DNA from: Hungateiclostridiaceae bacterium UBA1305
GTDB lineage: Bacteria > Bacillota > Clostridia > Acetivibrionales > DTU013
Direction of reading: 5' to 3'
Assembly (NCBI GenBank): GCA_002307275.1
Contig: DBTX01000078.1
Span: 66,350-130,349, forward strand
DNA: 64,000 nucleotides
Both the position numbers and the translations under genes were made by a program. Positions 18,958 through 27,912 of the stretch are shown here, piece after piece. The number at the start of each line of letters is the position of its first letter. Position 1 is the stretch's first letter. Under the pieces are notes generated by a model, which saw only the letters and a program-made list of their open reading frames with translations, was not told the origin of the DNA and made no database searches.

Positions 18958-20598
18958 CTATCTCCTAATCTTTTTTGAAGTCGTCTTGACAAACTCCTCG
19001 GCTCTGACAATGACCTTTGAAATCTGCTTGTAAACGGGAAGGTCATGAGATACCTTCTTTATATCCTTTAGTACCTCTGAGGGATTCTTTTCCTCGCTGA
19101 GGAATACCTCCGCCATCAGGGAGCTTTCCTCCCCTTTTTCATCCATAAGCCCTCTTACAACCACCTCTGTTACATAATCAATCCCCTGGATGTAACCCTC
19201 TATTTCTTCAGGATAAATGTTTTTACCATTGCTCAGAACGATGATGTTTTTCTTTCTGCCGGTAATGACAAGTTGATCCTTGTCATTGATATAACCATAA
19301 TCCCCTGTATAAAACCAGCCATCCTTCAGCACCTCCGCTGTTTTTTCGGGTTGCTTGTAATAGCCGAGCATTACAATATCACCTTTAATGCAAATCTCGC
19401 CGATGCCTTCTTCATTAGGGCTGTCAACCCTCCAGTCGACACACGGAAGCTTTATACCTACCGTATGATAGTCACTAAACATATCGTGGTTCGCACAAAC
19501 CAAAGGAGAACACTCCGTAATACCATAGCCGTTGATCAGACTGATACCGACATCATCAAAAAACTTTCCAATCTCGGGACGAATTGGCGCACCGCCGCAG
19601 ACAATTTTCCTCAGCCTGCCGCCAAAAGCTTCGTGTACTGATTTAAACAATGTTTTTCTTAAATCAATTCCAATCCTTCTTAAACCATTGCTTACAGAAA
19701 TCAGCTTGCCAAATACTTTTTCCTTTCCCGATTCTTTCACATTTTTTAATATTTTCGAATAGAACACTTCTACAAAAGCAGGAACAAGATAAATGTAGGA
19801 AGGCTTGTAACGCTGAAGATTTTTTAATACCGCATTCAGACTATCATTGATACAGATGGTAGAGTGGTGGTGAAGTGACACCAAAATACCGCTTACTGCC
19901 TCGTAGGTATGATGATATGGTAAAACAGACAGACAGGAGTCATATACAGTTGATACCTGCAGTCCGTAATAAACACTTGATACGAGGTTATGCTCCGATA
20001 ACATTACACCCTTTGCAATTCCTGTTGTACCTGATGTATATACAAGCATCTTAAGTGCATTGGGATCACTTGTTAAGGATTGATATTTCGTACTGTCACA
20101 ACCTTTGCCATGTTCCATGAACTTATCAAAGGACAAGAAATTTCCACAGTCGTCAGTGCGGTCGAATCCTATGTACAGCCTGACATTTGGAAGCTTGTCG
20201 GTGTTGCTCATAAACAGCTCTTCATGTGCTTTTGTATAGAATACAAGACTTGACTCACTTTCATTTAAAATATGGAATATATCGTTGGCAGGAAGCTCCT
20301 TGTCAACAGGAACATATACGCCTGAACTTTTTAACACGGTAAGATAGGTTAACACCCACTTGTAACTGTTGTTGCCGATACACGCTATATGATTGTCGGT
20401 AAATCCGATTTCTGTTAATGCAGAACCAAGCCAACTGATTTGCTGTATAAAATCAGAATATCTTACCTCAACAATTTCGCTATCCTCTTTATACTTAAAC
20501 GCGATTTTATCACCAGCCTCTTTGGCCGCAATATCCAGCATTTCCTTTATGCTGTTGAATTTTGTAACCTCATAGTATGAAAAATTTTGTTTTGCCAT
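18958..20598 (-). CDS. AMP-dependent synthetase/ligase (long-chain acyl-CoA synthetase-like)
   Basis: AMP-binding motif YTSGTTGIAKGV, plus GYGITE and YTGDYGYI...ITGRKKNIIVLSNGKNIYPEEIE. Confidence 0.85.
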   Translation of the reverse strand: MAKQNFSYYEVTKFNSIKEMLDIAAKEAGDKIAFKYKEDSEIVEVRYSDFIQQISWLGSALTEIGFTDNHIACIGNNSYKWVLTYLTVLKSSGVYVPVDKELPANDIFHILNESESSLVFYTKAHEELFMSNTDKLPNVRLYIGFDRTDDCGNFLSFDKFMEHGKGCDSTKYQSLTSDPNALKMLVYTSGTTGIAKGVMLSEHNLVSSVYYGLQVSTVYDSCLSVLPYHHTYEAVSGILVSLHHHSTICINDSLNAVLKNLQRYKPSYIYLVPAFVEVFYSKILKNVKESGKEKVFGKLISVSNGLRRIGIDLRKTLFKSVHEAFGGRLRKIVCGGAPIRPEIGKFFDDVGISLINGYGITECSPLVCANHDMFSDYHTVGIKLPCVDWRVDSPNEEGIGEICIKGDIVMLGYYKQPEKTAEVLKDGWFYTGDYGYINDKDQLVITGRKKNIIVLSNGKNIYPEEIEGYIQGIDYVTEVVVRGLMDEKGEESSLMAEVFLSEEKNPSEVLKDIKKVSHDLPVYKQISKVIVRAEEFVKTTSKKIRR

Positions 20599-20700
20599 GG
20601 CTTAAATCAGTCCTTTCTATAATTTGTACTTGTATGAAAGATAAACATGCTTGTAAATATTTCAAAGAGTGTTCACTCCATGCGAGTAGTATATATCCTT

Positions 20701-21351
20701 TTATCCGGACAGACTTTTCGCTCCCAGCAGTATTGCCATTCTTGTAAGTTTGTTGTTCATATTTAATATTCGCATTTTTACCTGTTCAATTTCTGACTGC
20801 GTCACATTAAAAGCATGCAGACTCATTTCCACCAAAAGGTCGGTTCTTTGTTCCAGAGGAATATCCTGATTTTGATTCAAATAACGGTTTGCAATGTAGT
20901 TACGCATAATCCCTTTGATTGCCAAAGTGCGGGCATAATAATCTTCATAGGAAAAACCTGCATTATATGCCGCAAACAAGGTCTGCGTTCGCTCGGCCGT
21001 ATGCTTTACTACTTCTTCCATGATCGTATTGGAGGTATAACCCTCAAAAAAAAGTTCGCAGATTTGCCTATTCATTTCAACCGCATGTAATTCCAACGCA
21101 CACATGAAGGCATATCGAAAAACGGGGCTTTCCTTCTCACCAAACCGTTCACTCACCAAGTGATCACACTTATCAAAAATATCTAAAACAACAGACTGGA
21201 AGACTTCTTCCTTGTTCTTAAAAAAATAATAGATGCTGCCAATCAGAACACCCGATTTGTCAACAATCTGTCGAATGGTTGTCTTCTTATATCCCTGTGT
21301 AAAAAAGAGCTCTTTTGCGCTGTCCAGTATCCTTGATCTGATGTCTTCCAT
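20701..21351 (-). CDS. TetR/AcrR-family transcriptional regulator
   Basis: HTH ILDSAKELFFTQGYKKTTIRQIVDKSGVLIGSIYYFFKNKEE. GAGAGGAAA RBS precedes the ATG at 21351. The longer ORF to 21429 would read through the palindrome and lacks an RBS. Confidence 0.85.
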   Translation of the reverse strand: MEDIRSRILDSAKELFFTQGYKKTTIRQIVDKSGVLIGSIYYFFKNKEEVFQSVVLDIFDKCDHLVSERFGEKESPVFRYAFMCALELHAVEMNRQICELFFEGYTSNTIMEEVVKHTAERTQTLFAAYNAGFSYEDYYARTLAIKGIMRNYIANRYLNQNQDIPLEQRTDLLVEMSLHAFNVTQSEIEQVKMRILNMNNKLTRMAILLGAKSLSG

Positions 21352-21367
21352 ATGTTTCCTCTCAGAA

Positions 21368-21405
21368 ACAATAGACTTGTTGAACATGTTCAACAAGTCT
21401 ATTGT
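21368..21405. promoter_or_regulatory. 38-bp perfect palindrome (candidate TetR operator and/or terminator hairpin)
   Basis: ACAATAGACTTGTTGAACA|TGTTCAACAAGTCTATTGT, verified base by base. It lies 16 nt upstream of the TetR ATG and 60 nt downstream of the aldehyde dehydrogenase stop. On the minus strand it is followed by TTTCT. Confidence 0.6.
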
Positions 21406-21464
21406 ATGTCTTATCTTCTGATGCGTCAAGAATTTTCTGTCTTCTATTTTTATTAGCTAAAGAA

Positions 21465-22955
21465 CTAGTCATTCCACGGGTAGAAACCGGAAGGAGCTTC
21501 GGAAAGGTTAATCATGATGTTTTTCATCTGGCTGTAATGCTCAAGCATGACCTTGTGGGTTTCGCGGCCAATTCCGGATTCCTTGTAGCCGCCGAAGGGA
21601 GCTCCTTCTGGGATCTGGTTGTAGGTGTTGACCCACATACGGCCGGTTTCAATGGCCCGGGAAATACGGATCGCGCGGTTGATGTCACGGGTCCAGACAG
21701 CGCCGCCGAGACCATATGCATTGTCGTTGGCCATTTTGATGACATCCTCCTCATCGCTGAATTTGATCACGCAGGCTACCGGTCCAAAAATTTCTTCCTG
21801 CGCTACACGCATGTCATTGGTGACGTCGACCAGCAGGGTCGGACGGATAAAGTTGCCCTTGGCCAGCTCATCTTCTTCAATCTTGTAGCCGCCGCAGGCG
21901 ACCCTGGCACCTTCGGTCTTACCGATTTCGATATAGTCAAGGATCTTCCCGACCTGATTTGCATTGATCTGCGAACCCATCTGAGTCTCGGGATCCCAGG
22001 ACACTCCAACCTTGATGGCATTGAAGCGTTTGACGGCTTCTTCTACGAATCTGTCATAGATACTCTCCTGCACAAAGACACGAGAGCCTGCACAGCAGAC
22101 CTGACCCTGGTTGAAGAGAATACCCAACTGCAAGCCGTCCATAGCCATATCCCATTTGCAGTCCTCGAAAAAGATGTTGGCAGACTTGCCGCCCAATTCC
22201 AGGGTAGCGGGAATCAAACGATCCGCGGCGGCAGCGGCCACATTGCAGCCGACTTCTGTGGAACCGGTGAAAGCCAGCTTGCGGAAGCCTTTGTGGTCAA
22301 GGATATACTGACCGGCCTTGGAACCGGAACCTGTAATGACATTAAACACGCCGGCAGGAACGACATCTTGAATAAGTCTGGCGAATTCAAGAACAGACAG
22401 GGACGTGTCGCTCGAAGGTTTAAATACGGTGCAGCAGCCGGAAGCGAGAACCGGGGCCAGTTTCCATGCGGCCATCAGGAATGGAAAGTTCCATGGCACG
22501 ATCTGGCCGACAACTCCGATCGGCTCACGGAGAATCAGAGAGAGGAATTGCTCGCCCAGCACACTGGCGCTGCCTTCTTCGGCCATGATGCATCCCGCAA
22601 AATAACGGAAATGAGCAGCAGACAAGGGTATATCAACAGCCATTGTCTCGCGGATCGGTTTGCCGTTGTCCATAGTTTCCACCATAGCAAGATGTTCTTT
22701 GTTGGCATCAATGATGTCGGCAATCTTGTTTAGAATCGCAGCACGTTCATTGGTCGTGACTTTCTTCCAGGCTTCGAAAGCTTTCCAGGCGGCATCAACA
22801 GCTTCATTAACATCAGCTTCTGTTGCCTGCGCACAAGTAGCGAGAACTTCACCGTTGGCGGGGCACTTAGTCTGAAAGGTAGCGCCGTCTGAGGCGTCTT
22901 TCCATATGCCATTGATAAAAAGGCCATACCTTTCCTGTAGAATAACATTTTCCAT
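21465..22955 (-). CDS. NAD(P)-dependent aldehyde dehydrogenase
   Basis: FPFLMAAWK, LELGGKSA and catalytic-Cys block FNQGQVCCAGSR, plus EEIFGPV. 496 aa. Confidence 0.9.
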   Translation of the reverse strand: MENVILQERYGLFINGIWKDASDGATFQTKCPANGEVLATCAQATEADVNEAVDAAWKAFEAWKKVTTNERAAILNKIADIIDANKEHLAMVETMDNGKPIRETMAVDIPLSAAHFRYFAGCIMAEEGSASVLGEQFLSLILREPIGVVGQIVPWNFPFLMAAWKLAPVLASGCCTVFKPSSDTSLSVLEFARLIQDVVPAGVFNVITGSGSKAGQYILDHKGFRKLAFTGSTEVGCNVAAAAADRLIPATLELGGKSANIFFEDCKWDMAMDGLQLGILFNQGQVCCAGSRVFVQESIYDRFVEEAVKRFNAIKVGVSWDPETQMGSQINANQVGKILDYIEIGKTEGARVACGGYKIEEDELAKGNFIRPTLLVDVTNDMRVAQEEIFGPVACVIKFSDEEDVIKMANDNAYGLGGAVWTRDINRAIRISRAIETGRMWVNTYNQIPEGAPFGGYKESGIGRETHKVMLEHYSQMKNIMINLSEAPSGFYPWND

Positions 22956-23150
22956 GACAAACCCTCCTTTAAATTTTCAATTAAAGCTTGTGTATCTCTA
23001 TACATATATGTTGTAATTTTGAAAATTATCGTCACTAAAAATAAAAAAGTGGAAGCATGGTTTTATTATTGTGTCTTCCGTTATCTTCTTGTATCAACCT
23101 GCACAATTTAACATTACTCCATAACAATTAACCCTGTTTTCACGCAGTAC

Positions 23151-23180
23151 AAAAGCCACCTATTCATACGAATAAGCGGC
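23151..23180 (-). terminator. Probable terminator after the DUF421 gene
   Basis: Minus-strand RNA CCGCUUAUUC-guau-GAAUAGGUGG (10 pairs including G-U) is followed by CUUUUG. Confidence 0.5.
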
Positions 23181-23242
23181 TTCCATTTGGTTGGGGGAAC
23201 CCATTCCACTTCAAATCCGCAACAAAAAGGAAGTGGAAGATT

Positions 23243-23761
23243 TCAAGGGCTCTTATAGGAACTTACTGTGCCTGTTTTCCTGGAGCCTCTCTTTTTAAGA
23301 GTCTTCTGCTTAAAATCATTTGAAATAATGCTTATGTTGCCGTCTGTTTCAAGTATGGCCAGATCGACATCCTCAACAAGCGCAATACCGTGCTCGCGGA
23401 CTGTTTCCTTCAGCTCGTCCAGTGTGAATTTTGCCTTTGCCATGTTTTTATGAATAATCTTCCCTTTATAAATCAATATCATTGGATCGCCTTGAATGAG
23501 ACGGCCTAATCTCGGAATTTTATACAGAACAAGCTTGAACAGGTAGTTAATCACAAATAGTGAGCCTGCCGCTACGAGTCCTCCTGCCAGGGTTGAATCA
23601 GATCCGACCATGGCGTTTTGTACGGCATTGCTGATAAGGAGTATGAACACAAGGTCAATGACTGAAAGCTGGGATATTTCCTTTTTCCCAAACAGCCTGA
23701 TCGCTATGATAATAAACAGGTATACCGCTATTGAGCTTAATGCAATATAAAAATATCCCAC
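23243..23761 (-). CDS. DUF421 (YetF-like) membrane protein
   Basis: N-terminal TM pair with IRLFGKKEISQLSVIDLVFILLISN, and a C-terminal soluble domain ending ...LAILETDGNISI. Confidence 0.8.
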   Translation of the reverse strand: MGYFYIALSSIAVYLFIIIAIRLFGKKEISQLSVIDLVFILLISNAVQNAMVGSDSTLAGGLVAAGSLFVINYLFKLVLYKIPRLGRLIQGDPMILIYKGKIIHKNMAKAKFTLDELKETVREHGIALVEDVDLAILETDGNISIISNDFKQKTLKKRGSRKTGTVSSYKSP

Positions 23762-23785
23762 AGGTTCACACTCCTTACAAGCGTT

Positions 23786-24703
23786 TCAGATATACTTTTC
23801 CAGGTATTGTCTGCCCAATACGAGTCCTTCCTTGACTTTCTCTTCGCTGCCTTCATAAAGCGGGTCTTCATGCTCTATACTTAAAACGTCATCATAACCG
23901 ACATCCTTCAGCGCCTCAATCAGTGCGGGAAAATCAACCTGTCCAAGACCAGGCATGCGAAACTGCCAGTAGCCTGAACCATCTCCGCCAAGCTGCCGGT
24001 TGAATACACCGTATTGGGCCAGCTTATCCGCATATACTTCGGAATCCTTTGCATGTACATGAAATATCCTGTCCTTGAATTCCACTACAGGTTTAATATA
24101 GTCAATCAGCTGGAACAGCAGGTGGGACGGGTCAAAATTGAGTCCGAAATTTTTATTCGGCACCCTGCTGAACATTTCGCGCCAAAGCTCCGGCGTAAAT
24201 GATATCGTGCCGGGAAGGCCCTCTACCTGCCAGCCTTCCATCGGACAATTCTCAATCATCAGCTTGATGTTCCTGTCCTGTGCATATGAAACAAGATCGG
24301 TGAATACCGTTTCAAATTCATCAAAGTTTTCTTTCATGTTTTTGTCCTTGTTCCTGCCGACAAAGGTACCCACTGCCGGTACTTCAAGCATCACTGCGGC
24401 ATCGATGCATTTCTTCACATGTGCGTTTACAAGCGCCCGGCGTACCGGGTCATGGTGAAGATTGTTGTCATAGTAAGCCAGCGATGTGATCGTGAGACCC
24501 AGTGCCTTGGTATATCCTTTTATTTCATCTGCCTCCTGCACGGTCAGTTTTTCTACATCGATGTCACAGGAAGAATAGTCCCTGTTGTTTTTCTTAGGCC
24601 AACATGCAACCTCAAGCCCTCTAAAGCCGTTCTTTGCAGCCCATTGAGCCTTTTTCTCCAATGGCATATTGCCAAGGCAAACCGTTAAGAAACCAAGATA
24701 CAT
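23786..24703 (-). CDS. Sugar phosphate isomerase/epimerase (xylose-isomerase-like TIM barrel)
   Basis: GFRGLEV...LMIENCP...NFDPSHL...HVHAKD...SIEHED metal-ligand pattern. Confidence 0.8.
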   Translation of the reverse strand: MYLGFLTVCLGNMPLEKKAQWAAKNGFRGLEVACWPKKNNRDYSSCDIDVEKLTVQEADEIKGYTKALGLTITSLAYYDNNLHHDPVRRALVNAHVKKCIDAAVMLEVPAVGTFVGRNKDKNMKENFDEFETVFTDLVSYAQDRNIKLMIENCPMEGWQVEGLPGTISFTPELWREMFSRVPNKNFGLNFDPSHLLFQLIDYIKPVVEFKDRIFHVHAKDSEVYADKLAQYGVFNRQLGGDGSGYWQFRMPGLGQVDFPALIEALKDVGYDDVLSIEHEDPLYEGSEEKVKEGLVLGRQYLEKYI

Positions 24704-24779
24704 AACCCCACTCCTCTCATATTACATGATTCTGTTAATTTTTGTTCCATTCACGAAAGATCAGTACAGCGATTCCCGT

Positions 24780-25526
24780 CTACACCAAACCCATTTTTTT
24801 CAAATTCTCCAAATTGATCCTTGCACTCTCCATCGACGTGATTGTGCTGACATCCTGCTCCACAATCAGCCATTCCACACCTGCCTCAACAGCTGTAGCA
24901 GCAATGCCCCTCACATCCACAAGTCCATTCCCGATTTCCGTAAAGGTTTTTTCTCCAACGGACAGGAAATCCTTGATATGGATCAGAGGGCACCGTCTCT
25001 TGAAACTTTTCAGGAATGCCGCCGGATCGATCCCCATATAGAAGGTCCAGCCCAGATCAAGCTCGGCCCCCATATTCTCCGGCTTAACATTCTTGTAGAT
25101 AATATCAAGACCGTATTCACCGTCAAACTTCGTGAATTCAAAGTCGTGATTGTGATATAAAAATTCCAAACCGCACGCCCTGATTTTTTCACCGCACTCG
25201 TCATAAAACTTCGCAGCACTGATATAATCTTCTTTCGACTCATATGCATTGAAAGGGCAGACAATGTATTTATTCCCAATCATCAAATTGTATTCTATGA
25301 CTTTATCAAAACTTTCCCGGAGCAGGCTCAAGTTCGTATGGCTTCCGACGGGAGTAAGGCCGAGTTCTTCCAGCAGGCCCTTTATCTGAAGCGCAGAAAA
25401 TTCTCCAAAGCCGGCAAATTCCACGCCTTTGTATCCGAATTCGGCTAATTGTTTTAGTGTTCCTGCATAATCCTTTTCCATCGCATCTCTTACAGAATAT
25501 AACTGTATTGCAACAGGCAGTTTCAT
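24780..25526 (-). CDS. Sugar phosphate isomerase/epimerase (xylose-isomerase-like TIM barrel)
   Basis: LYSVRD...GYKGVEFAG...LYHNHDFEF...HIKD...IVEQD pattern. The start overlaps the upstream oxidoreductase stop (ATGA). Confidence 0.8.
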   Translation of the reverse strand: MKLPVAIQLYSVRDAMEKDYAGTLKQLAEFGYKGVEFAGFGEFSALQIKGLLEELGLTPVGSHTNLSLLRESFDKVIEYNLMIGNKYIVCPFNAYESKEDYISAAKFYDECGEKIRACGLEFLYHNHDFEFTKFDGEYGLDIIYKNVKPENMGAELDLGWTFYMGIDPAAFLKSFKRRCPLIHIKDFLSVGEKTFTEIGNGLVDVRGIAATAVEAGVEWLIVEQDVSTITSMESARINLENLKKMGLV

Positions 25527-26635
25527 TTTATTACACTCCCCTCACTATTGAAGTATACCGCTTTACCAATCCTGGCTGACTCATAAATGGCCTCAAGCAA
25601 TTGTGTGACAACATATGCCTGTTCTGGTTTGACAACAACCTCCCTGTCTTCCAAAATACTGTCGATCCACATACGGGCTTCCGTATCGGCCGGGCTTTGC
25701 TTTTCACCCTCAAAGAAATCCACACCGTCCATGTCAAGTTCCGGCTTTGTGACATAAAGCCTGCCATATTTCTCCCCGTTGATCCGCAGGCCTTCCGTCA
25801 TGTCGGCGCCGGCTTCGGTCCCGCACAGGGTTGTCTTTGCTTCGCCTGTCTGTACAACGTTCAGCGCCCAACTGGATTCCAGCATGATCGCCGCACCGTT
25901 CTCCATCGTAATATAACCAAAAGCAGAATCCTCTACTGTAAACTTTTCAGGATCCCAGGGGCCCCAGGCATTTGCCGAATCTTTTTTGTCTCCGAGCTTC
26001 CTGAATACGCTTCCCATAACGCTTTTGGGTTTGTAATTGTCCATCATCCAGAGTGTCAGGTCAAGTGCATGAGTGCCGATATCAATCAACGGACCTCCGC
26101 CCTGTTCCTCCGCGTTCAGAAAAACACCCCAGGTAGGTACGGCCCTGCGCCGGATTGCATGTGCTTTTGCATAATAAATATCGCCCAGTTCACCTTCGCT
26201 GCAAAGCTTTTTGAGATATTGCGAATCCACTCTGAAACGGTTCTGATAACCTATCGTCAGCTTTTTTCCGCTGCGTTCGGTTGCCTTCAGCATGCTAAGC
26301 GCCTCTGCAGCTGTCTTTGCCATTGGTTTTTCACACATTACATGCATTCCGGCATTGAGCGCAGCCACCGATATTTCTGCATGAGACTTGTTCGGGGTGC
26401 ACACATGAACAATATCAATGGATTTGTCCTTCAGCAATTCCCTGTAATCCGAATATACCTTTGCACCTTCATCTCCAAATTTTACGGCAGCATCCTGTGC
26501 GCGATCGAGGATGATATCGCAAAAAGCGACCATCTGAACCTCCTTGATTTTCGCAAGGCTGGGCATATGTTTAGTAGTGCCGATGCCTCCGCACCCTATG
26601 ATTGCTACCTTTAAGACTTTCTTCCCTGTCTCCAT
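25523..26635 (-). CDS. Gfo/Idh/MocA-family NAD(P)-dependent oxidoreductase
   Basis: Rossmann start KVAIIGCGGIG, EKP motif (MCEKPMA), and a C-terminal alpha/beta dimerisation domain. Confidence 0.85.
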   Translation of the reverse strand: METGKKVLKVAIIGCGGIGTTKHMPSLAKIKEVQMVAFCDIILDRAQDAAVKFGDEGAKVYSDYRELLKDKSIDIVHVCTPNKSHAEISVAALNAGMHVMCEKPMAKTAAEALSMLKATERSGKKLTIGYQNRFRVDSQYLKKLCSEGELGDIYYAKAHAIRRRAVPTWGVFLNAEEQGGGPLIDIGTHALDLTLWMMDNYKPKSVMGSVFRKLGDKKDSANAWGPWDPEKFTVEDSAFGYITMENGAAIMLESSWALNVVQTGEAKTTLCGTEAGADMTEGLRINGEKYGRLYVTKPELDMDGVDFFEGEKQSPADTEARMWIDSILEDREVVVKPEQAYVVTQLLEAIYESARIGKAVYFNSEGSVIK

Positions 26636-26666
26636 TCCAACGCCTCCTCATTATCATTTCTTGTAA

Positions 26667-27668
26667 TTATGATCTGATTGTTGATTCTCTTATGACCAGT
26701 TCATTTTCAAGTACAATCTCCAGCGGCTCTTTCAATTCCCCCTGTATTGTTTTAAGAAGCAGGTCCATTGCCGTACAACCAAGATCGTACTTGGGCTGCG
26801 ATACCGTTGTCAGCATGGGGTCGCACATGGATGAGAAACTGATATTGTCAAAACCGACAACAGCTACATCATCCGGTACCTTTAGCCCTTTCTCCCTTAA
26901 TGCCCGTAAAGCGCCTATAGCCATAACATCTGATATGGCAAATATTGCCGTAGGCTGTTCCTTCAATGCAAGTAAGGCCAATGCTGAACGATGGCCGCTC
27001 TTGAAGCTGTAGTCTCCATATGCCAGATACTGATCCTCCAACGGTAATCCCGCCTCTTCAAGAACAGATCTGAAACCCTCTTCCCTGCGTAAAATGGATA
27101 AAAAATCACTGTGGCTGCTAATTATCCCTATTTTTTTATGTCCGAGGCTGATAAGATGTTTGGCAGCTTTCCTTGCTGCGGCATAATTATCGATACGTAC
27201 CAGAGATACCTTGGCACCTTCCTTGTATTCGCAGCATTGAACCACCGGAAAATCAGCGCTGATCGCTGTCAGTTCTTCGCCTTCAATCCTTGGAGCCATC
27301 AAAATTACACCGTCCGCCAGCCTGTTTTTCAGCAATCCAAGATAGAGCTGCTCCCTTTCCTTCGTGGAATCCGTATTACACAGCATGACATTGTAACCAT
27401 TCTTATGTGCGACATCCTCTATACCCTTTACGATCCGTGAGTAAAAGGGGTTCGCAATCGTAGGAAGAAGCGCAAGTATCAGCCTGGTTTCAGTTCGCCG
27501 CAGATTGCGTCCAAGAAGATTAGGCTGGTAATCCAACTGCTTGATGGTATTCAACACCATCTCCCTTGTAGCCTCCGCAACCGTAGCACTGTTGTTCAAT
27601 ACTCTGGAAACTGTAGCTACGGAAACGCCCGAAGCTTTCGCAACATCCTGTATGGTCGATGCGGACAT
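26667..27668 (-). CDS. LacI-family transcriptional regulator
   Basis: HTH TIQDVAKASGVSVATVSRVLNN plus a periplasmic-binding-fold core. The GGGAGGGGGG RBS favours the ATG at 27668 over 27695. Confidence 0.85.
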   Translation of the reverse strand: MSASTIQDVAKASGVSVATVSRVLNNSATVAEATREMVLNTIKQLDYQPNLLGRNLRRTETRLILALLPTIANPFYSRIVKGIEDVAHKNGYNVMLCNTDSTKEREQLYLGLLKNRLADGVILMAPRIEGEELTAISADFPVVQCCEYKEGAKVSLVRIDNYAAARKAAKHLISLGHKKIGIISSHSDFLSILRREEGFRSVLEEAGLPLEDQYLAYGDYSFKSGHRSALALLALKEQPTAIFAISDVMAIGALRALREKGLKVPDDVAVVGFDNISFSSMCDPMLTTVSQPKYDLGCTAMDLLLKTIQGELKEPLEIVLENELVIRESTIRS

Positions 27669-27700
27669 GATTACCCCCCTCCCGTGAATATGCATCCTAA

Positions 27701-27714
27701 TGTAACCGTTTACA
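27701..27714. promoter_or_regulatory. LacI-type operator half-palindrome 1
   Basis: TGTAACCGTTTACA fits the TGTAA-n4-TTACA pattern used by LacI/CcpA-family repressors. It lies 33 nt upstream of the LacI start. Confidence 0.5.
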
Positions 27715-27766
27715 GAAGAATATTGCCATAGAACTGCTGAGATGTATTGTATTATATAAGCTATAA

Positions 27767-27780
27767 TGTAACGGATTACA
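27767..27780. promoter_or_regulatory. LacI-type operator half-palindrome 2
   Basis: TGTAACGGATTACA, 66 bp from the first site in the same AT-rich upstream region. Confidence 0.5.
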
Positions 27781-27912
27781 TTTTTATTTTACTTCCGGAA
27801 ATGAAAAAATGCAATATGATTTTAAAGTTTTATATCCTATTTTTCTGATATTTTACTGTGCTCTTTATACTATTTTTTTGTACCTTTAGAATATTTCCAT
27901 ATTCAAAATACC

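Noticed and set aside
21402-22733. 443-codon ORF on the plus strand
   Set aside because: It is entirely antisense to the aldehyde dehydrogenase gene, which has clear catalytic motifs. The translated product is low-complexity (Gly/Ala/Asp/His-rich) with no motif and no RBS. It is a typical shadow ORF.
25601-26614. 337-codon ORF on the plus strand
   Set aside because: It is antisense to the Gfo/Idh/MocA oxidoreductase gene. The product is Cys/His/Phe-rich nonsense with no start context.
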